Shown piece by piece: positions 28,623 to 37,812 of a stretch of 52,744 nt of DNA; the first letter of the stretch is position 1; each line of letters begins with the position of its first letter. This DNA comes from an uncultured Akkermansia sp. (GTDB lineage Bacteria > Verrucomicrobiota > Verrucomicrobiia > Verrucomicrobiales > Akkermansiaceae). The notes under the pieces were generated by a model. That model worked only from the letters and a program-made list of their open reading frames with translations, had not been told where the DNA came from and searched no databases. The stretch lies in assembly GCA_964371905.1 (NCBI GenBank), contig CAYJOV010000003.1:2140-54883 (forward strand), written 5' to 3'. A program made the translations under genes and the position numbers.

Positions 28623-31600
28623 TTGAATGACTCATTGACAGCCTTCGTAGCGCGTAAGCCCAACGTAGCGTCTACACTGAGCATCCTGCGAGAAAATCAC
28701 ACTCGTGAGGCCACGCTGAGCTTTCAGCGGTGCTGCCTCGCGAGTCTTTCTTTTTACGCCGCGCTTGTCGCCCACGCACTCAGCAAAATCGCGGAGAAGA
28801 AAAAAGCCCGTATCTGGCTGATCTGCGATGCCCTGCCCATGCAGGAGCGCATGCTTCACGAGCTGCCTCTCTGGACGAAGTGCGAGCTCGTCAATGTCCC
28901 CGAGCAAGAGATTCACATCAATCACGGGCTCAATGATCCCGAGCTCGTAGCGCAGCGACTCGACGCGCTCAAGCGCATCAGCCAGCCCGCCGCGCGCCAG
29001 CAGATCGTGCTGGTCACCCGCGCTGCGCTGCATCAATTCGCCCCACGATTCAGCGTGCAGGCGAGCAGTAGCATCATGCTACAGTGTGGACATGAGTACC
29101 AGCTGGAGCGTCTCATGGCGCAGCTGGAGGAGGCTGACTTTGAGCGTGTCGATCAGGTTACAGCGCGTGGTGAGTGGAGCCTGCGCGGGGGGATCATGGA
29201 TGTCTTTCCTCTGCAATCGGCGTGGCCGCTGCGTCTTGAGTTCTTCGGCGATGAGCTCGAAAGTCTCCGCGCCTTTGACATCGACAGCCAGCTTTCCTTT
29301 AAGAAGTTGGAGCGCGGTGAGCTCGTCCTGCGCGAGCCTGAGGCGGCGCAGCGTCTTGAGGACTGGATCACGGAGAGCGATATCATCCTGAGCGCCCCGC
29401 GTGCGGGTGTGGCAGGAGATGTACACTTTTTTGAGATACCGCCCGATCTGCCCGAGGGAGTTACTCTAGAGATAGATGAGCTCGGGCAGCAAGAAGAGCT
29501 CGCTAGCTTTGCCTCGCCGCTCGGGAGCTTTGAGACGGGGGACTTCGTCATGCAGGAGGCGAAGCGCGCCCTCGCCCAGCGGCAGCTGCAGCAGTGGCAG
29601 GAGGAGGGCTGGCGCATCGTGATGTACTTCCCCCATGCGGGTGAGAAGGCGCGCTTTGAAGAGATCTGCGGCGATGACGCGAGCTGGACGGGCGTTGAGG
29701 CGCGTGACGGTGAGCTTCCCTTTGGCTTTTCCATCCCCTCGGTGAAGCTGGCCATCCTCTCCGCCGCTGAGCTCTTCGGTCGCTTCAGCTCCCCGCATGC
29801 ACGTCAACAGGCGAACCGCGAGGAGCAGTTGCGCCGCGAGCGCGCCCAAGCTCCCCTGAGAGAGATCGAGGAGGGCGATCTCGTCATTCACACCTCGCAC
29901 GGGCTGGGGCGCTTCGTCGCCATCCAGCGTAATGATCAATCGGGTGAGGAAGAGCTCAATATCCAATACGCAGGCGACGTGCTGCTACGCATCCCCCTCA
30001 CTCAGAGCCATCTCGTCTCCAAGTACGTAGGGCTAGGCGGCAAGACCCCCGAGCTCAGCCGCCTAGGAGACGCCCGCTGGCAAAAGGCCTGCGCCGCCGC
30101 GCAGCGCGCCATTGCGGACTACGCCGCCCAGCTGCTTGAGATCCACGCGGAGCGCGAGAGCAAGCCGGGACTCACGCACCCTGCGGACTCCAGCTGGATG
30201 TGGCAATTCGAATCCAGCTTCCCCTACCGCGAGACCCCCGACCAGCTCCGCGCCATCAATCAGGCGAAAGCTGACATGGAGTCGCCTAGACCCATGGATA
30301 GGCTTATTTGCGGTGATGTCGGATTTGGCAAGACCGAGGTCGCCATACGCGCGGCCTTCAAATGCGTCACGGGCGGCTACCAAGCCGCCATCCTCGCGCC
30401 CACCACCGTGCTTGCCGATCAGCACTGGCGCACCTTCCGCGCCCGCATGAGCGAGTACCCCATACGCATCGAGCTGCTCAGCCGCTTCACGAGCACGAAG
30501 AAGGCAAGAGAGGTCATCGAGGGACTCGCAACGGGGGAGGTGGATATCGTCGTGGGCACGCATCGCATCGTCTCGAAGAATGTGCACTTTGCCAAGCTCG
30601 GGCTCGTCGTCATCGACGAGGAGCAACGATTCGGCGTGAAGCACAAGGAGCAATTCAAGCGCAATTTCCGCATGGTGGACATGCTCACCCTCTCTGCCAC
30701 CCCCATCCCGCGCACGCTCTACTCAGCCCTCATGGGCGCGCGTGACATGAGCACCATCGAGACAGCCCCTCTGAACCGCATCCCCGTCCAGACCGCCGTC
30801 TGCCCCTACGACGACGAGCTCATCACCCGAGCCATCGAGCGCGAGCTGGAGCGCAAAGGGCAGGTCTTTTTCCTCCACAACCGCGTGCACGACATGGAGC
30901 TCGTGCGCGCCCACCTGCAGCAGCTCGTGCCCTCGGCGCGCATTGTCATCGGGCATGGGCAGATGGACAAGGCGGAGCTGGAGCTCGTCATGCGCGACTT
31001 CGTCGCGGGGAAGTCGGACGTGCTGCTCTCCACCACCATCATCGAGAGCGGCATTGACATCCCCAATGCGAACACCATCATCATCGACCGCGCTGATCGC
31101 TTCGGACTCGCCGACCTCTACCAGCTGCGCGGCCGCGTCGGTCGTGGCGGGCATCGCGCCTACGCCTATCTCCTGCTGCCACGCGAAGCCGTCTGTACGG
31201 GAGACGCCCGCAAGCGCGTCAACGCCATCAAGGAATACACCGAGCTGGGCAGTGGCTTCAAAATCGCCATGCGCGACCTCGAGATACGCGGAGCGGGCAA
31301 CCTGCTAGGCACCCAGCAGAGCGGGCATATCACAGCCATAGGCTTTGACCTCTACTGCCAGCTGCTCAAGCAGTCTATCCAGACCCTTCAGGGCAAGCGA
31401 CCTGACCTCCGCCACGAGGCGCGCCTCAAGGCCGACTTCCTCTACCTCAGCGAGACCAGCCACCAGCAGCAAGATCAGGCAAGCAGCCTCGGAGCCTACA
31501 TCCCCACCCACTACATATCCTCCACCCAGACGCGCATGAGCATCTACACCCAGCTCGCGCGCGCCATGACGCTCGATGACATCGACGACTGTGAGCGTCA

Positions 31601-31841
31601 GTGGATAGACCGCTTTGGCGCTATCCCCGCCGAGGCACAGCATCTGCTCCTCGTGCACAAGATCAAAATCATCGCCTCCCGCGCCCGCATCAGCGATCTC
31701 GAAATCTCGGGGCAGAAGCTCATGCTCACCCGCCACGGGGACTACATCCTCATCGACAAGCGCTTCCCCCGCCTACGCTCCATTCCTCCTCTTGACAAGC
31801 TCAAAGAGACCCTACGTCTCCTCCTCAAGAATGAATCCTAA
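28623..31841 (+). CDS. mfd: Transcription-repair coupling factor Mfd
   Basis: RGGIMDVFP, CarD-like domain GDLVIHTSHGLG, ETPDQ, CGDVGFGKTEVA, DEEQRFG, SATPIPRT, QLRGRVGR, DLEIRGAGNLLG; start uncertain. Confidence 0.97.
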   Translation: MNDSLTAFVARKPNVASTLSILRENHTREATLSFQRCCLASLSFYAALVAHALSKIAEKKKARIWLICDALPMQERMLHELPLWTKCELVNVPEQEIHINHGLNDPELVAQRLDALKRISQPAARQQIVLVTRAALHQFAPRFSVQASSSIMLQCGHEYQLERLMAQLEEADFERVDQVTARGEWSLRGGIMDVFPLQSAWPLRLEFFGDELESLRAFDIDSQLSFKKLERGELVLREPEAAQRLEDWITESDIILSAPRAGVAGDVHFFEIPPDLPEGVTLEIDELGQQEELASFASPLGSFETGDFVMQEAKRALAQRQLQQWQEEGWRIVMYFPHAGEKARFEEICGDDASWTGVEARDGELPFGFSIPSVKLAILSAAELFGRFSSPHARQQANREEQLRRERAQAPLREIEEGDLVIHTSHGLGRFVAIQRNDQSGEEELNIQYAGDVLLRIPLTQSHLVSKYVGLGGKTPELSRLGDARWQKACAAAQRAIADYAAQLLEIHAERESKPGLTHPADSSWMWQFESSFPYRETPDQLRAINQAKADMESPRPMDRLICGDVGFGKTEVAIRAAFKCVTGGYQAAILAPTTVLADQHWRTFRARMSEYPIRIELLSRFTSTKKAREVIEGLATGEVDIVVGTHRIVSKNVHFAKLGLVVIDEEQRFGVKHKEQFKRNFRMVDMLTLSATPIPRTLYSALMGARDMSTIETAPLNRIPVQTAVCPYDDELITRAIERELERKGQVFFLHNRVHDMELVRAHLQQLVPSARIVIGHGQMDKAELELVMRDFVAGKSDVLLSTTIIESGIDIPNANTIIIDRADRFGLADLYQLRGRVGRGGHRAYAYLLLPREAVCTGDARKRVNAIKEYTELGSGFKIAMRDLEIRGAGNLLGTQQSGHITAIGFDLYCQLLKQSIQTLQGKRPDLRHEARLKADFLYLSETSHQQQDQASSLGAYIPTHYISSTQTRMSIYTQLARAMTLDDIDDCERQWIDRFGAIPAEAQHLLLVHKIKIIASRARISDLEISGQKLMLTRHGDYILIDKRFPRLRSIPPLDKLKETLRLLLKNES

Positions 31842-31853
31842 GCCATCCTCATC

Positions 31854-32030
31854 ATGAAAAGCTGCCTTGGTATCCTCTGCATTTTTCTCCTGCTCTGCGC
31901 GCTCATTGCCTCTATCGCCTACAATGTCATAGTCAACAACTCCCTCGAATTCGAAGCCCGTGACAACACCCCCGCCCACATCAACACACGCCGCTCCAAT
32001 CGCACCCCCAGCCCCACACCCGCCCTCTAG
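31854..32030 (+). CDS. Small single-pass membrane protein (58 aa), absent from the ORF track
   Basis: MKSCLGILCIFLLLCALIASIAYNVIVNNSLEFEARDNTPAHINTRRSNRTPSPTPAL*; fills the mfd-pdxA gap, with its stop 1 nt before the pdxA ATG. Confidence 0.65.
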   Translation: MKSCLGILCIFLLLCALIASIAYNVIVNNSLEFEARDNTPAHINTRRSNRTPSPTPAL

Positions 32031-32031
32031 T

Positions 32032-32976
32032 ATGTCCTCCCTTCCTATCCTCGGCTACACCCTAGGCGATCAGGCTGGAATAGGCCCTGAAATCATCGCC
32101 AACGTCCTACGCGACTGGTCGCATAGCGATGTCATTCTTGAGTGCATCGGCGAGCCCCTCAGCGATATCAAGCTCGGCGAGCCCAGCCTACGCAGCGCTC
32201 AAGCCGCGTGGGATCATCTCGAGCTCGGAGCTGCCGCCCTACGCGAGGGGCGCATCGCCGCCCTCGTCACGGGTCCTGTCTGCAAAGAAAGCCTCCATGC
32301 CTGCGGCTTTCCCTACCCTGGCCAGACAGAATTCTTTGCCGACCGCCTCGGAGTCGCCGACAATCATGCCATGTGCCTCAGTGGGAATCGCCTCTGCGTC
32401 GGACTCGCCACCACACACATCGCCCTCAAGGATGTTGCTAGCTCCCTCACTGTGGAAGGACTCGTCAAGGTAGGGCTCCTGCTCGCCGACTTTATCGCCC
32501 ATGTCAAGGGCTCACTCTACCCGCGCCCCCGCATCGCCCTTGCAGGACTCAACCCCCATAATGGGGAAAACGGAGCCTTCGGCGATGAGGAAAGCCATCT
32601 CATCGAGCCCGCCTGCACCCAGCTGCAAGCCCTACGCCCCGACATCGACTATGTCGGTCCCTGCGTCCCCGATGTCGTGTATCGAGATGCCGCCGAGGGA
32701 GCTTATGATGCCATCGTCGCGCCCTACCACGATCAGGCTCTTATCCCGCTGAAGCTCCTCGACTTTGACAATGCCGTCAACGTCACGCTGGGCCTCCCGC
32801 GCCTGCGCATCAGCCCCGACCACGGCACAGCCTTCTCCTTGGCAGGTAAAGGAATCGCCAAGGACTCCAGCATGCGGAGTGCCTTTGAGCTCGGCTATCG
32901 CTGCGCGTTAAATTTCAAAAGCGTGATCTCGGCAAATGTCCCCCAGCGCAGCGGAATCCACGCCCCCGTGCCCTGA
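32032..32976 (+). CDS. pdxA: 4-hydroxythreonine-4-phosphate dehydrogenase
   Basis: TLGDQAGIGPEI, VTGPVCKE, ATTHIAL, GLNPHNGE, YHDQALIPLK, NVTLGLP, SPDHGTAF. Confidence 0.95.
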   Translation: MSSLPILGYTLGDQAGIGPEIIANVLRDWSHSDVILECIGEPLSDIKLGEPSLRSAQAAWDHLELGAAALREGRIAALVTGPVCKESLHACGFPYPGQTEFFADRLGVADNHAMCLSGNRLCVGLATTHIALKDVASSLTVEGLVKVGLLLADFIAHVKGSLYPRPRIALAGLNPHNGENGAFGDEESHLIEPACTQLQALRPDIDYVGPCVPDVVYRDAAEGAYDAIVAPYHDQALIPLKLLDFDNAVNVTLGLPRLRISPDHGTAFSLAGKGIAKDSSMRSAFELGYRCALNFKSVISANVPQRSGIHAPVP

Positions 32977-34082
32977 TTGACATAGAGCTTCATTCCGCTA
33001 AGCTCATAGAGCCCCTTATTGTAAGAAAGGAGAGCCTCAGTCACCCAAGTCCATGGGTAGAACTGCCCTCCATGCGTATGCCCCGAGAGCATGAGTTCAA
33101 AGCCAGCCTTCGCCGCCTCGGGAGCGAGCACAGGCTGATGCGAGAGCAGGATCTGATACGCTGTCGGGACAGGCTGCGCCATCGCGTCAGCCATCGAGGG
33201 ACGCACCGCATCGGGGTAGTTGCGCGAGACAGGATCGGTCACACCCGCGAGCAAGTAAGGCGTGCCGCGGTGCTGCAAGGTCACATTTTCATTCACCAAA
33301 GGACGCAGCCCCGACTCCTCAAAATAGGCGATCACCTCATCCGATGACGCGCGGAAGTAATCGTGATTCCCCAGCACACTATAGACCCCGTAGCGAGCTT
33401 TCAAGCCCGAGAGAGCTTTTAAACAAGCCTCAGGATCGGGCAAATCCATCTCTAACAGATCCCCCGTCAGCACGATGACATCGGGCTGGAGCGCATTCGC
33501 CTGCGCGACAATATCCTCAAGCCAGCCCTCGGGTCTATCCACCGTGATATGGAGATCCGAGATTTGCACGATGCGCAGGCCATCCAGCCCCCGCGCCTCA
33601 GCGGGGAGCTCGATCTCCACCTCCTGCACGCGAGGGGAGAAATTCGTCTGAATGCAATAGCCCACACACAGAAGCGTCAGCAGCAGCACCACCACGCCCG
33701 ACACACGCTGCCAAGAGCGTGACTTCCTCTTGCGCAGAACCAAGAGCAGCACATCCTTGATCAGCGCGAAGAGACAGCCGAAGGAAAGAAAACCAATAGC
33801 AGAAGCCGCCGCCAGCGTCAGCGGGAAAAACCACAGCCACTCCACGCTGCGCCAATTCTGATAGGCGATAAAAGACAGACAGTAGCTCAGGATGAGCGCG
33901 CAGAGAATCCCCGATGCCACGCGCCCCCATCTCATCGGCACAATCAAACGCCTGCACAGCAAAAGCCCCGCAAAGAGCACCACCGCAAATACGGGACGCG
34001 AGAAGAAAAAGATAGCTGCAAGCAGCAGAAAAATAGCTAGATACAAGAGGGCTCGCTTCATAAACAGCCTATCATAGGTCAT
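32895..34082 (-). CDS. Membrane-anchored metallophosphoesterase (YkuE/YaeI-like)
   Basis: N-terminal TM helices; QISDLH, LTGD, LGNHD, LSHQP, LSGHTHGGQ. Confidence 0.9.
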   Translation of the reverse strand: MTYDRLFMKRALLYLAIFLLLAAIFFFSRPVFAVVLFAGLLLCRRLIVPMRWGRVASGILCALILSYCLSFIAYQNWRSVEWLWFFPLTLAAASAIGFLSFGCLFALIKDVLLLVLRKRKSRSWQRVSGVVVLLLTLLCVGYCIQTNFSPRVQEVEIELPAEARGLDGLRIVQISDLHITVDRPEGWLEDIVAQANALQPDVIVLTGDLLEMDLPDPEACLKALSGLKARYGVYSVLGNHDYFRASSDEVIAYFEESGLRPLVNENVTLQHRGTPYLLAGVTDPVSRNYPDAVRPSMADAMAQPVPTAYQILLSHQPVLAPEAAKAGFELMLSGHTHGGQFYPWTWVTEALLSYNKGLYELSGMKLYVNQGTGAWIPLRWGTFAEITLLKFNAQR

Positions 34083-34166
34083 TTTTCACGATAATCAAGC
34101 CCAATTCCTCATGCGCATGAAAGGAAAGCATTTATGTCATAGCAATAAAAATTGATGAATTTTAAA

Positions 34167-34194
34167 TTGACATTTGGACAAATATCAATATGAT
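34167..34194 (+). promoter_or_regulatory. ars operon promoter with overlapping palindromic operator
   Basis: TTGACA-16-TATGAT; imperfect palindrome TTGA-c-ATTTG-ga-CAAAT-a-TCAA at 34167-34188; ATG 6 nt after the -10 box. Confidence 0.7.
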
Positions 34195-34200
34195 GGAGCC

Positions 34201-34542
34201 ATGAGCAACACCATCACCCCCGAAGCGAACATGGCAGTCTTTGCCTACGATGCTGTCAAGCTGGAGCGCAAAGCGGCCATCTTCAAGGCACTCGGACACC
34301 CCATACGCCTGCGCATCGTCCACATGCTCATGGACGGCGAACGCTGCGTGTGCACCCTGCACGCGGACTCACAGCGCGACATGTCCACCATCTCCAGCCA
34401 CCTCAAGGTGCTGAGAAATGCCCAGGTCATCAAGAGCCGCCAAGTAGGCAAGCAGGTCTTCTACAGTCTGAATATCTGCTGTCTCCCCACCCTCTTGAAG
34501 TGCCTCGACACCTGCGTTGAGAACAACCCCTTTCCCCAATAA
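34201..34542 (+). CDS. arsR: ArsR/SmtB-family metalloregulator
   Basis: FKALGHPIRLRIV, ERCVC metal site, STISSHLKVLRNA, additional C-terminal Cys residues. Confidence 0.88.
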   Translation: MSNTITPEANMAVFAYDAVKLERKAAIFKALGHPIRLRIVHMLMDGERCVCTLHADSQRDMSTISSHLKVLRNAQVIKSRQVGKQVFYSLNICCLPTLLKCLDTCVENNPFPQ

Positions 34543-34574
34543 TTAACACAAAAAACAACAATACCAATACTGAT

Positions 34575-35450
34575 ATGACTATCATCAAAATCTACGGCCC
34601 CGGTTGCAAGAAGTGCAGCGACCTCACCGACCTCACCAAGCAGATCGTCGCCGAGCTCAAGCTCGACTGCGAAATCAAGAAAATCTCCGACCCCATGGAC
34701 ATGGCCAACGACGGCGTCTTTGCCACTCCCTCCCTTGCGGTGGATGGTAAGATCCTCGTCAAGGGTAGCGTGCCCAGCCACGCCCAGCTCACCGAGATCC
34801 TCCAAGGCAGCGGCATCGCCACGGGCGGCTGCGACTGCGGTGGTGCTTGTGCCGCAGCAGAAGAAAAAGCTCCCGCTGAGCCCGTAGAAGCCCCCGCTTG
34901 CGGCTGTGGCTGCGCGTGCGACGAGCCCCAGAAGGCAGAATGCGCACAGGCGCAGAGCTCGGGCTGCGGCTGTGGTGGCGGAGGCTGCTGCGGTGGTGGA
35001 TCGGGTGCTGGCATCGTCAAGCAACTCATCCTCTGGATCGTGCTCATCCTCGTCGGTGTCGCCATCTTCAAGGCCGTCAGCGACAAGAAGGACGACGCGG
35101 CCGCAGCTGCGACCGCCACCCAACCCGCCATCGCCAATGGTGTAGAAGTCGTCTACTACCAATTCGGCGCCCGCTGCGTGACCTGCAAGCGCATGGAGCA
35201 GTGGATCAACGAAGTCGTCCAACAGGATTTCGCTGACCAACTCAAGAGCGGGGCCGTCGTTCTCAAGTCCGTCGAGGCGGGCGCAGACGACGTAGCCAAG
35301 TACGCGCTCTCCACCAAGAGCCTCATCATCAAGAAGATCGAGGGCAACAACGAAAAGAGCTGGAAGAACGCCGACAAAATCTGGGCGAACTGCCGTGACG
35401 AAGCCGCCTTCAAGGCCTACGTCGCCGGCGAGATCAAGAGCCAGCTCTAA
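34575..35450 (+). CDS. Fusion protein: MTH895/ArsE-like thioredoxin + Cys-rich linker + TM + ArsF-like CxxC domain
   Basis: IKIYGPGCKKC...ATPSLAVDGK; linker with 12 Cys; TM LILWIVLILVGVAIF; VYYQFGARCVTC. Confidence 0.8.
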   Translation: MTIIKIYGPGCKKCSDLTDLTKQIVAELKLDCEIKKISDPMDMANDGVFATPSLAVDGKILVKGSVPSHAQLTEILQGSGIATGGCDCGGACAAAEEKAPAEPVEAPACGCGCACDEPQKAECAQAQSSGCGCGGGGCCGGGSGAGIVKQLILWIVLILVGVAIFKAVSDKKDDAAAAATATQPAIANGVEVVYYQFGARCVTCKRMEQWINEVVQQDFADQLKSGAVVLKSVEAGADDVAKYALSTKSLIIKKIEGNNEKSWKNADKIWANCRDEAAFKAYVAGEIKSQL

Positions 35451-35487
35451 GACGCCTCCGCCTTCAAATCAAGCCCCCCCTCTATCC

Positions 35488-36174
35488 ATGTACTGGATAC
35501 TCCTCTCCATGCTAGGACTCGGCATCACCAGCGCGGTGATGCCCTGCCCCCTAGCAGGCAACATCGCCGCGGTGAGCTACCTGACCCGTCAGGTACACTC
35601 CCCCTTGGCAGCCACCATCTCCGCCCTGCTCTACACCCTAGGCAGAATAGGGGCCTACGCGGGCATCGCCCTCATCCTCGGACTGGGACTCAGCAGCGTC
35701 CCTAGCCTCTCCTACACACTCCAGACAGAAATGCCCCTCTACATGGGACCTCTGCTCTGCATCGCGGGTCTCGTCCTGCTGGGCATCATCCCCTTCCCCT
35801 CCTTTGGGAAGAAGTCGGGAGGCTTCGAAAAGCAGTCCTCGGGCTTCATCGGCACCTGCCTGAGCTCTCTGGGCATGGGCTTCCTCTTCGCCCTCGCCCT
35901 CTGCCCGCCCTCCGCCGCCATCCTCTTTCTCACCGTGCTGCCCAAGGCCGTGCAGATGGATACATTCGGCTTTGGCATGAGCATTGTGAGCTTTGGCATA
36001 GGCACCGCCCTCCCCGTCGTTGTCATCGCCCTCATTCTCGTCTTTAGCGTGCGCCATGCACAAATCATCATGCGCAGCATTACTAAGGCACAATCCACCA
36101 TCACCATGATCACAGGCATCATCCTGCTCGCGATTGGTGTCTACTTCATCTTCGATAAAATCCTCCTAGCCTAA
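35488..36174 (+). CDS. ArsG-like / CcdA-DsbD-family membrane protein
   Basis: AVMPCPLAGNIAA and ALALCPPSA Cys motifs, YTLGR, FGIGTALPV; about 6 TM segments. Confidence 0.8.
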   Translation: MYWILLSMLGLGITSAVMPCPLAGNIAAVSYLTRQVHSPLAATISALLYTLGRIGAYAGIALILGLGLSSVPSLSYTLQTEMPLYMGPLLCIAGLVLLGIIPFPSFGKKSGGFEKQSSGFIGTCLSSLGMGFLFALALCPPSAAILFLTVLPKAVQMDTFGFGMSIVSFGIGTALPVVVIALILVFSVRHAQIIMRSITKAQSTITMITGIILLAIGVYFIFDKILLA

Positions 36175-36182
36175 CTCGTCTC

Positions 36183-37529
36183 ATGGAAGCAAAAAAAGAA
36201 TTCAAATTCCTCCTCTGGCTCGTCGTCATCTTCAGCGCGGTCTTCTTCATGCCCATCGACAATGCGGCCTTCAAGACCGCGGTGGATGCCACGCTCGACC
36301 TCGCCAAGTGGTACGCCCAAGAGCATGTCGTGCTCTGCCTGCTGCCCGCCTTCTTCATCGCTGGGGTCATCTCCATCTTTGTCAGCCAAGGAGCGGTCAT
36401 CAAGTACTTTGGCGCGAATGCGAAAAAGTGGGTCTCCTACAGCGTCGCCGCCGTCTCGGGTGGCATCCTCGCCGTCTGCTCCTGCACCATCCTGCCCCTC
36501 TTCACCAGCATCTACAAGCGTGGAGCAGGCCTCGGCCCTGCGGTAGCCTTCCTCTACTCAGGCCCTGCTATTAGCATCCTCTCCATCATCCTCACCGCCC
36601 GCATCCTCGGCGCGGAGCTGGGCATAGCCCGTACGGTGGGCGCGATCGTCTTCTCCGTGGTCATCGGTCTCGTCATGTCCTTCATCTTCCGCAAGGAGGA
36701 GCAGGCCAAGAAGGAAGACCAGATGAATATTGAGGCTCCCCCCGAGGAGCGTCCCATGTGGCAGACTTCCTTCCACTTCTTCACCCTCGTCTTCATCCTC
36801 GTCTTTGCGAACTGGGGTGCACCCGCCCCTGGCTCAGAGGAAGGCATTTGGCATAGCATCTATGCGCATAAGTGGCTCATCACGGCTGGTTTCTCCCTGC
36901 TGCTGTGCTTCTCGCTGATCAATATTCTCAAGATCAAGGCGATCTGGGTCATCCTCGGTGCGCTTGCGACCGCTGGCTCGGCTTGGCTGGCCTCAATGTA
37001 CGTGCCTGAGCCCAAGCTCGCTCCCCTCGTCCCCATGCTCGTCGGTATCACCGCCCTCTCGCTCATGACTCTTCTTGACAAGAAGAACGAGCAGAATCGC
37101 GAATGGACGCTCTCCAGCTGGGGCTTTGCGAAGCAGATCATGCCCCTGCTCGCCATCGGCGTTGTCACCGCAGGCTTCCTGCTGGGCTCGACGCACGACA
37201 ACACGGCGATCGCCGGCATCATCCCCAATAGCTGGGTCGAGTGGGCAGTAGGGGGCAACTCCCTGATGTCGAACTTCTTTGCAAGCTTCGCGGGGGCGTT
37301 CATGTACTTCGCCACCCTCACTGAGGTGCCCATCATCCAAGGGCTACTCTCCTCGGGTATGGGCAAGGGTCCCGCTCTCGCCCTCATGCTGGCTGGTCCC
37401 TCCCTTTCCCTTCCCAATATGCTCGTGATCAACGGTGTGATGGGACCCAAAAAGACAGCCGTCTACGTCGTGCTCGTCATCATCATGGCGACCATCTCGG
37501 GATTTGTCTTCGGCACTTTCTTTGGTTAA
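36183..37529 (+). CDS. arsP: ArsP-family (DUF318) organoarsenical permease
   Basis: HVVLCLLPAFFIAG, LAVCSCTILPLF, AFLYSGPAI, YFATLTEVPI, LAGPSLSLP. Confidence 0.85.
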   Translation: MEAKKEFKFLLWLVVIFSAVFFMPIDNAAFKTAVDATLDLAKWYAQEHVVLCLLPAFFIAGVISIFVSQGAVIKYFGANAKKWVSYSVAAVSGGILAVCSCTILPLFTSIYKRGAGLGPAVAFLYSGPAISILSIILTARILGAELGIARTVGAIVFSVVIGLVMSFIFRKEEQAKKEDQMNIEAPPEERPMWQTSFHFFTLVFILVFANWGAPAPGSEEGIWHSIYAHKWLITAGFSLLLCFSLINILKIKAIWVILGALATAGSAWLASMYVPEPKLAPLVPMLVGITALSLMTLLDKKNEQNREWTLSSWGFAKQIMPLLAIGVVTAGFLLGSTHDNTAIAGIIPNSWVEWAVGGNSLMSNFFASFAGAFMYFATLTEVPIIQGLLSSGMGKGPALALMLAGPSLSLPNMLVINGVMGPKKTAVYVVLVIIMATISGFVFGTFFG

Positions 37530-37558
37530 GCATTGATTGGAATCAATGATAAAGAGAG

Positions 37559-37589
37559 AAGGGTACCCCTTGTGGTGAGGGGTACCCTT
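37559..37589. terminator. Terminator of the ars operon
   Basis: AAGGGTACCCCT-7 nt-AGGGGTACCCTT followed by TTT. Confidence 0.8.
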
Positions 37590-37812
37590 TTGTGGTACGC
37601 CAGACATGGCGTAGTCGCTGGGGGGAGAGCCCCCAATGTGTCGCGATATAGTACAATCGATGATCAAGTAGATTGAGACGGAGCAAGTGATAGAAACTCC
37701 TCGACCGATCCTGCAAAACAGGATGCAAGGGATTGAATAAAGCGGCGGGAATGGCATGCCAATCCGAGCCAGAGCTCCCACGATACCTCGTGCATTTTTG
37801 AGATAGGCTTGT

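Noticed and set aside
32895..32976. 82-nt convergent overlap of pdxA and the phosphoesterase
   Set aside because: Short 3' overlaps are common; the pdxA tail looks like a simple stop-codon drift.
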